Virus record (IMG/VR): IMGVR_UViG_3300049489_000321
Location: 64,001-128,000 of that record
Strand: one strand, 5' to 3'
DNA length: 64,000 nucleotides
Source: a virus
The translations under genes and the position numbers were made by a program. Every line of letters begins with the position of its first letter. The stretch's first letter is position 1. Below, one piece after another: positions 17,485 to 26,811 of the stretch. The notes under the pieces were generated by a model. That model ran no database searches. It saw nothing but the letters and a program-made list of their open reading frames with translations, and had not been told where the DNA came from.

Positions 17485-19623
17485 ATGGCTAATAACGTTA
17501 AAATAACCACAGTATTTTCCGCAGACATAAAAGACGTAAAAGCATCTATTAAAGAAATTAATAGCCAAATGAAGGCTATTACAAAAGCGTCTACAGCACA
17601 CAATAAATCTAATGTTAAAGCACAAAAAGATCAGTTAAAAAATACACGATCTACTTATAAAGAACAGTTAAAGTTATTAGAAGCTTTTGATAAAAAACAG
17701 CAACAGATTACAAAAAAACAAAGTAATCACGCCGTTCAACAATATAAGAAGGAACTTAGAGAAAAACAAAGATTAGATAAGTCTTTTGGACGTAGTAAAG
17801 GATTATTCGGTACTGACGTTGGACGAGGCGTAAATAGAACAGACAATTCTTCTTTTGGTCGCGTAAATAGAGTGGGTGGTAACGTCGCTGGTGCAGTTGC
17901 CCGATCTGTAGCGGGCATAGCTTCTGGGTTGGCCGGCTTTTTGATGGGCGCGGCTATGGGTGGTTATCAAACCTTAAATGAATACAGAACTGCGCTGGGA
18001 CCAAACATAGGTTTAGGAAAAGGTTCTCGTGTTAAAGCTGGTATTTCAAAATCAGGTGGATCTAGACTAGGCTATTCTATGATAGAGTCTGCTCAACTGA
18101 ATCCAGCCATGGCAAGAGCTACAGGTGCTCTTGGTCCTAGAGAATTGATGCAAGGCGTTAGATCAACTGGCATGGAATCTGGCCAAGTAGCCGGAATATA
18201 CGGTTCTCTTCGTAGCGCTGGCACTAGCTTCGCAGGCGGCGAATTCAAAGGTCAATCAAAAGGTGGTAGAGAGTTTGCAAAAATAATTGCGGCTGGTATG
18301 GAGTCTGGTTTGGAAAAAGGGCGACTACCAGAATTTGCCGAGGGAGTAACTACTTTACTTGATCAACAAGCAGGACGCGCGTCTGGGGATGTGAGTGCGA
18401 CTAGTGTTTCTAGTATTTTAGCTGCTTTAGGAAAAACTGGATTATCTGGATTTCAAGGCTCTCGTGGTGCCGCTGTTACAGGTAAATTAGAACAAGCGTT
18501 TTTAAAGCCTGGTGGGGGCGAGTGGGGAGATAACTTTATTCGTATGGCTATGGGATTTGGTAAACCAGGTGGCAAAACGGGCTATTACGAATCAGAAAAA
18601 TCTCGCGAAAAAGCTTTAAGTGACCCACAAAACATGTCTAAACTTCTAGGTGAAGTTATTAGACAGTTCGGCAGTGGAAAAGAAGGCGCTTTAGGATTGC
18701 GGGAACTGACCGGTGTTTCGTTAGATCAGGCAGAGCAGCTTTTAAAGATTGAAAAAGACGGTGGTTTTACTAATGATAAGTTAGAAGAAATCAAAGGTGT
18801 AATGGACGCTGCTAAGCCGCTTGAAGAACAATCTTTAGCGGCTATGAAGGGTATTGGCGAAGGTATTCGCCATCTGGCAGGCAGAACCGATCACTTAATA
18901 GGAGTTGGTTCCAAAGTACAACAAGAAGTTGAATTGCTTGAAAAATGGCAATTCGAACTTCTCGACGCTTTGTTAGAAATTAAAAATACTCTTAAGAATC
19001 TATTTGAAGACATACATGAATGGCTGATGATTGACTCTTCTAAGGAAGCTAGAGAAAAACTTACCGCTCTTGATACTAAACGTAGAACCGATATTTCATT
19101 GCGTGGCGGCAAAACTCAAGCAGAGATTGAAAAAGACCAAGCAGCTATGCGCATGAAAGAACTAGAAGCTGGAATGAATTTGGCCAAATCTACACAAAAA
19201 GAAGATGTAGGAGGTACTTGGAAAGGCGTTGCTAAAGACGTATTAGCAGACACTTTTCTTCCTATGCTTGGCAATAGACTAATTCACGGCGGTAAGAACG
19301 TCAGCCCAGCAGATAAAGCCGGAATAAGTTTGGGATACACACAAAACGCAGATGCCGCAGCCACTGATTTGCTTTTTGGGATGTTAGGAAAAAAAGGAAT
19401 CAAGCGCGTTCCAGAAGAACTAGTTCCTTCTTATGCTAAAGCCGTTGAGGCGACTAGACTTAAGAGAGAAAATAAAACCGCAAAACCAGATCCAGAATAT
19501 CCTTCATTAGACGTAGAGGCTGCTAATGCACTTAGACACGATACTAGGGTATTTTTAAAAATTGATAATAACAGCGATTCTCGTAGTAAGCCACCTGTTG
19601 CACGAAGCCAAACGAAAAGATAA
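17485..19623 (+). CDS. Tape measure protein
   Basis: Helical/coiled-coil N-terminus, Gly/Ala-rich hydrophobic segment, position after chaperones. Confidence 0.75.
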   Translation: MANNVKITTVFSADIKDVKASIKEINSQMKAITKASTAHNKSNVKAQKDQLKNTRSTYKEQLKLLEAFDKKQQQITKKQSNHAVQQYKKELREKQRLDKSFGRSKGLFGTDVGRGVNRTDNSSFGRVNRVGGNVAGAVARSVAGIASGLAGFLMGAAMGGYQTLNEYRTALGPNIGLGKGSRVKAGISKSGGSRLGYSMIESAQLNPAMARATGALGPRELMQGVRSTGMESGQVAGIYGSLRSAGTSFAGGEFKGQSKGGREFAKIIAAGMESGLEKGRLPEFAEGVTTLLDQQAGRASGDVSATSVSSILAALGKTGLSGFQGSRGAAVTGKLEQAFLKPGGGEWGDNFIRMAMGFGKPGGKTGYYESEKSREKALSDPQNMSKLLGEVIRQFGSGKEGALGLRELTGVSLDQAEQLLKIEKDGGFTNDKLEEIKGVMDAAKPLEEQSLAAMKGIGEGIRHLAGRTDHLIGVGSKVQQEVELLEKWQFELLDALLEIKNTLKNLFEDIHEWLMIDSSKEAREKLTALDTKRRTDISLRGGKTQAEIEKDQAAMRMKELEAGMNLAKSTQKEDVGGTWKGVAKDVLADTFLPMLGNRLIHGGKNVSPADKAGISLGYTQNADAAATDLLFGMLGKKGIKRVPEELVPSYAKAVEATRLKRENKTAKPDPEYPSLDVEAANALRHDTRVFLKIDNNSDSRSKPPVARSQTKR

Positions 19624-22079
19624 TGTCTACCGTTAATATGAAGACGCGAGCAATCGCAGTGGTACATTCTCACGTTATAAAAGGAGATGATAACGGAATT
19701 ATTGATCTTTCTAACGACTTAATTGCTATTCAAACCAATAAAGCGTTAAAGGGCTCTGGCGGAATGTCTTTAACGTTAGTAGCGCGTAGGAATTATCTTA
19801 ACTTGATATATCCTAACGATGTAATAAATCTATATATAGATCCAGGTGATGGTAAACGTGGATTTGTAAGAACTTTTTTTGGCTATATAGATCGTATAGA
19901 GCGGTCGGTGTCTACCGACGACAAAGGAGCCACCTCCACAGTATTTAGAATAGCCTGTACAGACATGACCAAGGTTTTTGATAGAACCGACGTTTATTTC
20001 AATCCAAATTTGGCTAATCGTAAAGATTTCCTAGAAACACGCTTTGGACAATCGCAATTAGCTGGGCACGCGCTTAGAACAGCAGGTATATATGCGCACG
20101 GTTCTCCTGCTGATATGGTAGAAAATCTTGTTACCATGTTGTTGGGATTCGGCGCGCAGTGGATACTGCCTTCGTCTTATATAAACAACGCCAAAGGCTT
20201 GGATAGAAATAAAGAAAACCGTATAAATAGAACAAAAGCGCGAGTTCCTTCTACAGAGCAACAGTGGTTTACAGATCTTGGTGGAGTACCAAACAATGTT
20301 AGTAATTTGGATAAAGAAATAGAAGATCTTTTAAAGCAACAGGACGAGTTAATAAAAACAGACGATCTAGATGCTTTAGCTAAAGTTAATACAGCTTTGG
20401 CCAACAGACAGGCAATAGCGGATCTTTTGGAAGGTTCTCCGCAATTTAGAGCGTGGTTAACAGCGCAGTCGTCCGCAGTTAATCAAAAACCTACTATTTT
20501 AGATTTAATTGATCTTTCTTTTATAGAAGCTATGTCTATTGATGGGTGGATTGCGTCCACTTCTATTTGGCAAAAGCAAGGTAGTTTAGCTTCGTTGATG
20601 TATGGTTATTCCAATGAAGTGGTAAACGAGTTGTTCTTTGACTTAAGACCAGCGATGGTAGATGGCGGCGAAGGAATGTCAGACTCTTGTTTTGGAAAGA
20701 CATATTCATACGAATCAGACGAACTTAACATAAACCTAGAAGGTACTGACGGCTTTCCGGCTGCTGTGCCTGCTGTAAAATACGTGCCTGCTATCGTTAT
20801 GCGGGAATACCCGTATTCTACTAGCGAAGGAATAGACTTAACAAATTTGTTCATTTCAGATATAGGCGGTGTTTTTGAGTTTGTACCGTTTGGACCGGTT
20901 TTTGGAATGGGGGTGTCTACTGAACCTGGTGAACCAAAGCGTGTTGTGTATGACTACAATACGGTTCCTTATGTTAAAGAGAAAGGCGGATTATCGCCTA
21001 TATCTAACCAATTTACCTCTATATCTAAGCCGTTAAAACATTTAGATGTAATACCAATTACAAACCAAGACGTAAAAGAAGACAGTCTAGGCCGAAGTGA
21101 TAATGACGTTTTTAATCTTTTTGCATTGTACGCAGAAGACAGCTTACAACAACAATACAAATATTTACTACAAGACCTTTTTCCAATAGTGACGCCGGTT
21201 AGTATAGAACGTAATGGTTTGCGCGTAATGGAAATGTCTTCTATGTTCGCTAATTTCAGTGAAAGCAATAAAGTTGAAGGTAGTGGTATAGACACTGCGT
21301 CTATTAGACAAAATCTTGCTCGTTGGGCATTTCTTTTAGATCACTGGAATCAGCACAATAATGAGTATTTAAACGGCGACATGACGTTACGAGGTATGCC
21401 TGAAATTCGCGTAGGTATGCGCCTAGATCATGTAGATAGACACGAAAGTTATTATGTAGAAGAAGTAAGACACAACTGGAGCTATCCAGACGCGATGACC
21501 ACTACGGTAACCGTTAGCAGAGGACAGAGAAACGATCCTTTTCCTGCTTACATACCTCCACTAGTAACCAGAGATTTTGGTAAACCTAAAACTTTACAAG
21601 ACATCGAATACATTGCCTCTAAAGGTGGAGCCAAAATACCACTTGGAGACAACCTTGCAGATCAAGGATTTGTTTTAAGCGACGTTAGAGACGACGTTCA
21701 GTCGGTGACTAGTTTTGCGGGCGAATCCGTGGTAACTGAAAACGGAAACACAATATTAAGTGGAGGCGACCGAACAGATGCGGGACGCTTGTCTAAGTTT
21801 TTTCACGTCAACCCAGTACGCGCTACAGAAACTAGTGAACAAGGAACTCCTGTGGATAGAGCGTTTCATAATACAAATTATATAGATTCTCCTACTGAAA
21901 TTACTAACGGTGCGTATATACCTGCTTACCCAGCTGAGGCGCCCAGAACAGGATTTACTACATCAGAGAGCGCTGAAGTAGTAGCAATACGCGACATAGA
22001 CCCTGAGGAATGGAAGACTTTGGTTGAAGAACTGGGGGAAGAAGGCGCTAGAAACGCCCTAAACTTAACAGATGAATAA
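19623..22079 (+). CDS. Baseplate hub protein (gp27/gpD-like)
   Basis: IYPNDVINLYID..FFGYIDRI N-terminus and G.MTLRGMPEIRVG.RL...YYVEEVRH.W....TT.V.VSRG C-terminus. Confidence 0.7.
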   Translation: MSTVNMKTRAIAVVHSHVIKGDDNGIIDLSNDLIAIQTNKALKGSGGMSLTLVARRNYLNLIYPNDVINLYIDPGDGKRGFVRTFFGYIDRIERSVSTDDKGATSTVFRIACTDMTKVFDRTDVYFNPNLANRKDFLETRFGQSQLAGHALRTAGIYAHGSPADMVENLVTMLLGFGAQWILPSSYINNAKGLDRNKENRINRTKARVPSTEQQWFTDLGGVPNNVSNLDKEIEDLLKQQDELIKTDDLDALAKVNTALANRQAIADLLEGSPQFRAWLTAQSSAVNQKPTILDLIDLSFIEAMSIDGWIASTSIWQKQGSLASLMYGYSNEVVNELFFDLRPAMVDGGEGMSDSCFGKTYSYESDELNINLEGTDGFPAAVPAVKYVPAIVMREYPYSTSEGIDLTNLFISDIGGVFEFVPFGPVFGMGVSTEPGEPKRVVYDYNTVPYVKEKGGLSPISNQFTSISKPLKHLDVIPITNQDVKEDSLGRSDNDVFNLFALYAEDSLQQQYKYLLQDLFPIVTPVSIERNGLRVMEMSSMFANFSESNKVEGSGIDTASIRQNLARWAFLLDHWNQHNNEYLNGDMTLRGMPEIRVGMRLDHVDRHESYYVEEVRHNWSYPDAMTTTVTVSRGQRNDPFPAYIPPLVTRDFGKPKTLQDIEYIASKGGAKIPLGDNLADQGFVLSDVRDDVQSVTSFAGESVVTENGNTILSGGDRTDAGRLSKFFHVNPVRATETSEQGTPVDRAFHNTNYIDSPTEITNGAYIPAYPAEAPRTGFTTSESAEVVAIRDIDPEEWKTLVEELGEEGARNALNLTDE

Positions 22080-23250
22080 GCTATTAGACGGTACAGCTAT
22101 CCAGTCTGGTCACGCTAGAAATAGCGATGATTATTCTAATGAACGCCTATACTATCCTGTTCTTGGTATTGTTTTAACTGTTTATTCTTCTGATGATAAA
22201 CGCAACAAATCATCAGTCACTAAACACGATGGTAGAGGATCGCGTTGGGAAGCTGAGGTTTTAGTAATAAATGATGGAAGCGATACTTATTGGAAAGTAA
22301 AAGACGCTATCATTTTATCCTCTGGTGTTACTGGAATTGATGATTTTCACGAAGAACTACCAAGAGGGTGTTCACAGATGTTAGATGGTTCTGTGTATAA
22401 AAGTAATCTTGCTTCTATCGATCCAAACAAGCTTGACGGTGATCGCTGTCTAGTTTCGTTTGTTGGAGGTAGATTGTCACAACCAGTTATAACTAACTGG
22501 TTTCCACATCCTTCAAATACGTTTGATTCAAGCACGCAAGGATTGCGAGACAGCACGCTTACTCAAGGCAAGCGTTTTGCAAAGCGCTACTCAGGAACAG
22601 AACTAGTTGTAACTCCAAAAGGTTCTGTATTCTTAGACACTAATAACAGTGGTTCCACAGTGGTGGGTACTAGTGGAGGCGTAAAACGTAAGAAAACAGA
22701 TGTTGGTGGAGATGTTTGTTTAAGCGTTAAACCAGGAAGAAAATTAGAGGTTAATTTCAACCCATCTGTTCCTACACCAACAACAGAACCGGCATTATTT
22801 CAGCCTAATCCGTCAATTGGTGAATTTACAAGAAATGTTGACAAAACTACGGTTACTTTTGATGAAGATTTTGTTAATGCAGTAGCTGGTAAAGTGGTAC
22901 AATTGATAGGAAAACAAATACAAGACAGTATTTTGTTAGGTGAAACTCCTACTGATCACGCTGTTTTGGGAGAACATTTGTTGGCTACTTTTAACGCAAT
23001 GATTTCAGTATTTAACGCAAATGTAGCGGTGTTTAACTCTCATAAACATTTAGACAGCACTGGTTCACCTACTGGTTCGCCTATTTCGGCAGCTATTCCG
23101 AATCCAGGATTTATACCATTTCCAACGCCTGGAACTGCTGGTCCACCTAGTCTAGACACTAACCCAATGTATGTAGGTACTGGTACTGCACAAACCGATG
23201 GCAGTGAAATGCCTGAGTCGGATTTATCCGAGGTGGTTAAATTACAGTAA
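22072..23250 (+). CDS. Baseplate central spike (gpV/gp5-like)
   Basis: OB-fold-like GDRCLVSFVGG..QPVI and apex motif FNSHKH....PTGSP (HxH). Confidence 0.75.
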   Translation: MNKLLDGTAIQSGHARNSDDYSNERLYYPVLGIVLTVYSSDDKRNKSSVTKHDGRGSRWEAEVLVINDGSDTYWKVKDAIILSSGVTGIDDFHEELPRGCSQMLDGSVYKSNLASIDPNKLDGDRCLVSFVGGRLSQPVITNWFPHPSNTFDSSTQGLRDSTLTQGKRFAKRYSGTELVVTPKGSVFLDTNNSGSTVVGTSGGVKRKKTDVGGDVCLSVKPGRKLEVNFNPSVPTPTTEPALFQPNPSIGEFTRNVDKTTVTFDEDFVNAVAGKVVQLIGKQIQDSILLGETPTDHAVLGEHLLATFNAMISVFNANVAVFNSHKHLDSTGSPTGSPISAAIPNPGFIPFPTPGTAGPPSLDTNPMYVGTGTAQTDGSEMPESDLSEVVKLQ

Positions 23251-24974
23251 TGCGCGACACAATAACGCCTGACAGATCTAACTGGTTAGGCACAACAAAC
23301 AACAAAGATAAGAAGAGTTTCTACAGCCTTGCGCTTGTTGTAGATGGTACGCTTTCTAGTGATTTTAACAACATTCCTTTAGAATTTTTATTCAACACAG
23401 ATCCACAAGGCATAGATATTGAGGAACCTGCGGCGGTTCAAATTGTACCCACGCAGAATGGCGGACAGTTTGTTGAGAACCAAGGTACAATTTATAAAAA
23501 TATTAATATAAAAGGTACTACTGGTTTAAGACCTAACATAAATAAACCAGGTGGCTTCAGGGTTTCTCCATACACAGGAAAAGGCAAACCCGGCACTAAC
23601 GTGCCAGATAACGAACAGACTGGTTTTGATGATTTAGTAGCTTTGGTTAACTTTTTTAGAATCTATTCAGCCATTAAAAAAGACCCTATTAATGCTTATA
23701 AAGTTACGATGGTTTGGAAGAATGCCCGTGAGGGTGAGTACTATCGTGTAGAACCTATAAATTTCAAAACTTCCAGAGCTTCTAGTAGTCCTATGACCAC
23801 TATGTACGACATAACCCTTCGTACAGTTGCTGCTTTAGATTTTAAAGACAAAATAGATAAACCAGTAACTAAACTCGGGTTTACAGCTAGGCTCAAGGAT
23901 GCTACAAACGACATTGCTCGTGGATTCGCTACGTTGTCTGCAAAACAAGATACTTTAATATCTGTTGGAGCAAAGTTTGTCACCGACTTGTTGCAGCCAA
24001 TAAACGATTTATTGAATGCGCTGACGTTGTTTACTACCTCAGCTAGCAGGGTGCCTGAAATTCCGCGCTATATAGTGAGCAATCTTATTGATAACGTAAA
24101 TCGTGCTAAAATTGCTTGTGAAGATCTAGATCAAACTTACGAACAATTCAGCATAGTTGGCCCACAAAAGGCGGCTGCTAAGAACTTAAAAGACATAGCA
24201 GATGCGTTGATTAGAATATTTATAGAAGACGGTCTTTTCGGAGCAGAATCTGGGGATAAAGCCCAGCGTAAAATAAAACGCTATGAAAATACAGTAAATT
24301 CCAAAGGTACGATTTCAAGCGATTTATCGTCGCTAGGAAGCGGTGCCAGTCTTGCGGATATTAACATAGGCGAAGACATAAGAAAGGTAGCAAAACGTCT
24401 TGTAGGCGACTACAGCGCGTGGAAAGCCTTGGTCCTGCTCAATGATCTTAAGCCGCCATACATAAGTCCTACTGGCGATGGAGTAAGTGTTTTAAGACCA
24501 GGAAAAGACAGCATTCTGTATCCTTCTAGTACTGCCACAAGAAGTTCTTCTGTATCTAGAGATATTACTGCCAAAAGAGGATACGACGTACTCTACGGTA
24601 GAGACATTAAATTAACTAATAATCTTAATGGATTACGTACTATTTCTATTGATTCTAAAGGAGACATAGCGCGTGTTTCTGGTGTAGATAATGTGTCTCA
24701 AGCAATTGACATTAAATTCAACACAGAACAAGGAGAGCTTGGTGCTCATGAATCGTTTGGAATTAAGCTACCTATTGGGGTGCGTTCCAGTTCAGCGTTA
24801 TCATTGGCAGAATTTGACATAAATGCCAGAAGCACCCTGCTTTCTGACAGTAGAATCGCGGCAGTAAATAGGTTAGAATTAGAAGTGCAGGGAAATACAA
24901 CTCTTATAAAGGCAGACACCCAACTTATTGACGGTGGAGACACTCTATCACTAAGTTTGGATGTACGTAAATAA
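23250..24974 (+). CDS. Fused baseplate protein: tube-initiator-like + LysM-like + gp25/GPW-like
   Basis: N-terminal F.TDPQ.I.IEEP....VPTQNGG...I.IKGTTG; central GEDIRKVAKRLVGD...W..L..LNDLK.PYI; C-terminal GDIARVSG.DNV.QAI......QGEL..H..FG...DSRI. Confidence 0.65.
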   Translation: MRDTITPDRSNWLGTTNNKDKKSFYSLALVVDGTLSSDFNNIPLEFLFNTDPQGIDIEEPAAVQIVPTQNGGQFVENQGTIYKNINIKGTTGLRPNINKPGGFRVSPYTGKGKPGTNVPDNEQTGFDDLVALVNFFRIYSAIKKDPINAYKVTMVWKNAREGEYYRVEPINFKTSRASSSPMTTMYDITLRTVAALDFKDKIDKPVTKLGFTARLKDATNDIARGFATLSAKQDTLISVGAKFVTDLLQPINDLLNALTLFTTSASRVPEIPRYIVSNLIDNVNRAKIACEDLDQTYEQFSIVGPQKAAAKNLKDIADALIRIFIEDGLFGAESGDKAQRKIKRYENTVNSKGTISSDLSSLGSGASLADINIGEDIRKVAKRLVGDYSAWKALVLLNDLKPPYISPTGDGVSVLRPGKDSILYPSSTATRSSSVSRDITAKRGYDVLYGRDIKLTNNLNGLRTISIDSKGDIARVSGVDNVSQAIDIKFNTEQGELGAHESFGIKLPIGVRSSSALSLAEFDINARSTLLSDSRIAAVNRLELEVQGNTTLIKADTQLIDGGDTLSLSLDVRK

Positions 24975-24977
24975 ACC

Positions 24978-26810
24978 ATGGCATTTCAGCCCAAACAATT
25001 TGCAAACATACTAGAAACAATGATTAATTACATGCGTGCCAACACGGATGTAACTGATTACGAAATAGGATCTGTTGTTAGGTCAATCTTAGAAGCTTGT
25101 GCGCTTGAAGACGACGAAGCCTACTTTCAAATGGTTCAACTACTTGATTCATTTTCGATATTCACCGCTACCGGTGCTGACTTGGTGCGTCGCGTTGCGG
25201 ACTACGACGTGGTTCCTTTGCAACCAAACGCTTCTCTTGGGTACGTAACCATTAGAGATGAGCTACTGCCTACCTCTACTTTATCAATCGATAAACTAGC
25301 TGGATCTACTACTTTGCTTATCGAAGATTCTTCTGGGTTATCAACTAGCTATCCATACGACGTAAGGGTAGGTGAGGGAACTCTACAAGTAGAAGATGTT
25401 CAAGTTAGCAACAATAACACGCTTACTAACACATTAACAATTGCTCCACTAGTTAACAACCACAGCGCTGGAGAACGGGTATCTTTTGTTAGCGGTGCCG
25501 CCGACAAAACAATCACCGCAGGTCTACAAGTACAGTCACCAGCCGTTGGTAATGAGTCTGCTGTTGTGTTTTCTACTATTGAAAACGGTACTATAGTAAA
25601 CGGCAATTACTCTTCTACATCTATCAAAGCAAGAGCAGTTTTACCTGGTCTTGCCGGTAACGTAGGTTCTGGTCGTATAACACAGTTTACATCTAGTGCT
25701 CCGTTTAGCGGCGCCTCTGTAACCAATCTAGCCTCGTTTGGCGCAGGTAAGGGCGAAGAACTACCTGAAGAACTTCGATCTAGAGCACTAGGAAAGAAAC
25801 AAGCTGCGTCTAGAGGAACTCCTTTAGCTCTTAAAGAAGCCGTACGCGGCGTAACAGACGCTGTTACAAAACAAAGAGTTTCTACTTCAAATGTCTTAGA
25901 AGATTTTGAAAATGATGAAGTTATTGTTTATATAGACGACGGTACTGGATTTACACCGGATCAAGTCCAACTAGGAACTACCACCGTAGGCACAGCAGTA
26001 TTAGCTGGCGCAGGTACGGTAGAGATCGACGATGCAGTCGATTTCCCAGACGCCGGGTATATTGTTATAAGTCCTGAAAACTCGTCGCAAATAGAGCTGC
26101 TTGAATACGACGGCGTAGACAGAACAGTTTCACCAGCGGTGGTTTCCCTAATCGGAAGCACTGTTAACGCACATGATGTCGGTGATGAAGTAGTTTTGGT
26201 AGACGTATTAGATTTGTCTGCTGAAGAAGGTACTAATTACTACGAAACATCAGATTTACCGATAGTTAGAAATTCGTATAGATTGTGGATAGATAACGGG
26301 TCAGGATTGACACTTCAGACTGAAGATGTTGATTATATCTTAAAACGTGGACTAGGACGGATACAACTAATCGGAGACGGCACAGACGCGGGAGACGTAG
26401 TTGTAACTACATACACTTACTACACGGGATTAGTTGCTACGTGTCAAAAAATAATAAATGGCGATGAAACCGACGAAGTTAACTTTCCAGGTGTTTACAC
26501 CGCTGGAATTCCTCCTGTTGTAGAAACTCCTACAATTAGAAGAATAACTATTCGTTTACTAATAACTGCTATTGAAGGTAAAGATAAAGACGATTTACTT
26601 CCACTCGTAAGGACTGTCGTGGAAACATATATATCTAGCCTAGGTATCGGAAATGACGTTATTTTGTCTGAAATTATAAAAAGAGCCATGCGTGTTCCTG
26701 GTATGTATAACTGCAAGGTTATTACTCCAACATCAGACGTGGCTGTTTCTGAAAACGAACTGCCTGTTCCTTATGACACGCAAGGCGACTCTATCGTAAC
26801 TATTGTCTAA
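24978..26810 (+). CDS. Baseplate wedge protein (baseplate J/gp6-like)
   Basis: TDYEIGSVVRSILEA, G..GNV..G.I, G...E....LR.R..., and YISSLGIGNDVILSEI motifs. Confidence 0.85.
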   Translation: MAFQPKQFANILETMINYMRANTDVTDYEIGSVVRSILEACALEDDEAYFQMVQLLDSFSIFTATGADLVRRVADYDVVPLQPNASLGYVTIRDELLPTSTLSIDKLAGSTTLLIEDSSGLSTSYPYDVRVGEGTLQVEDVQVSNNNTLTNTLTIAPLVNNHSAGERVSFVSGAADKTITAGLQVQSPAVGNESAVVFSTIENGTIVNGNYSSTSIKARAVLPGLAGNVGSGRITQFTSSAPFSGASVTNLASFGAGKGEELPEELRSRALGKKQAASRGTPLALKEAVRGVTDAVTKQRVSTSNVLEDFENDEVIVYIDDGTGFTPDQVQLGTTTVGTAVLAGAGTVEIDDAVDFPDAGYIVISPENSSQIELLEYDGVDRTVSPAVVSLIGSTVNAHDVGDEVVLVDVLDLSAEEGTNYYETSDLPIVRNSYRLWIDNGSGLTLQTEDVDYILKRGLGRIQLIGDGTDAGDVVVTTYTYYTGLVATCQKIINGDETDEVNFPGVYTAGIPPVVETPTIRRITIRLLITAIEGKDKDDLLPLVRTVVETYISSLGIGNDVILSEIIKRAMRVPGMYNCKVITPTSDVAVSENELPVPYDTQGDSIVTIV

Positions 26811-26811
26811 T

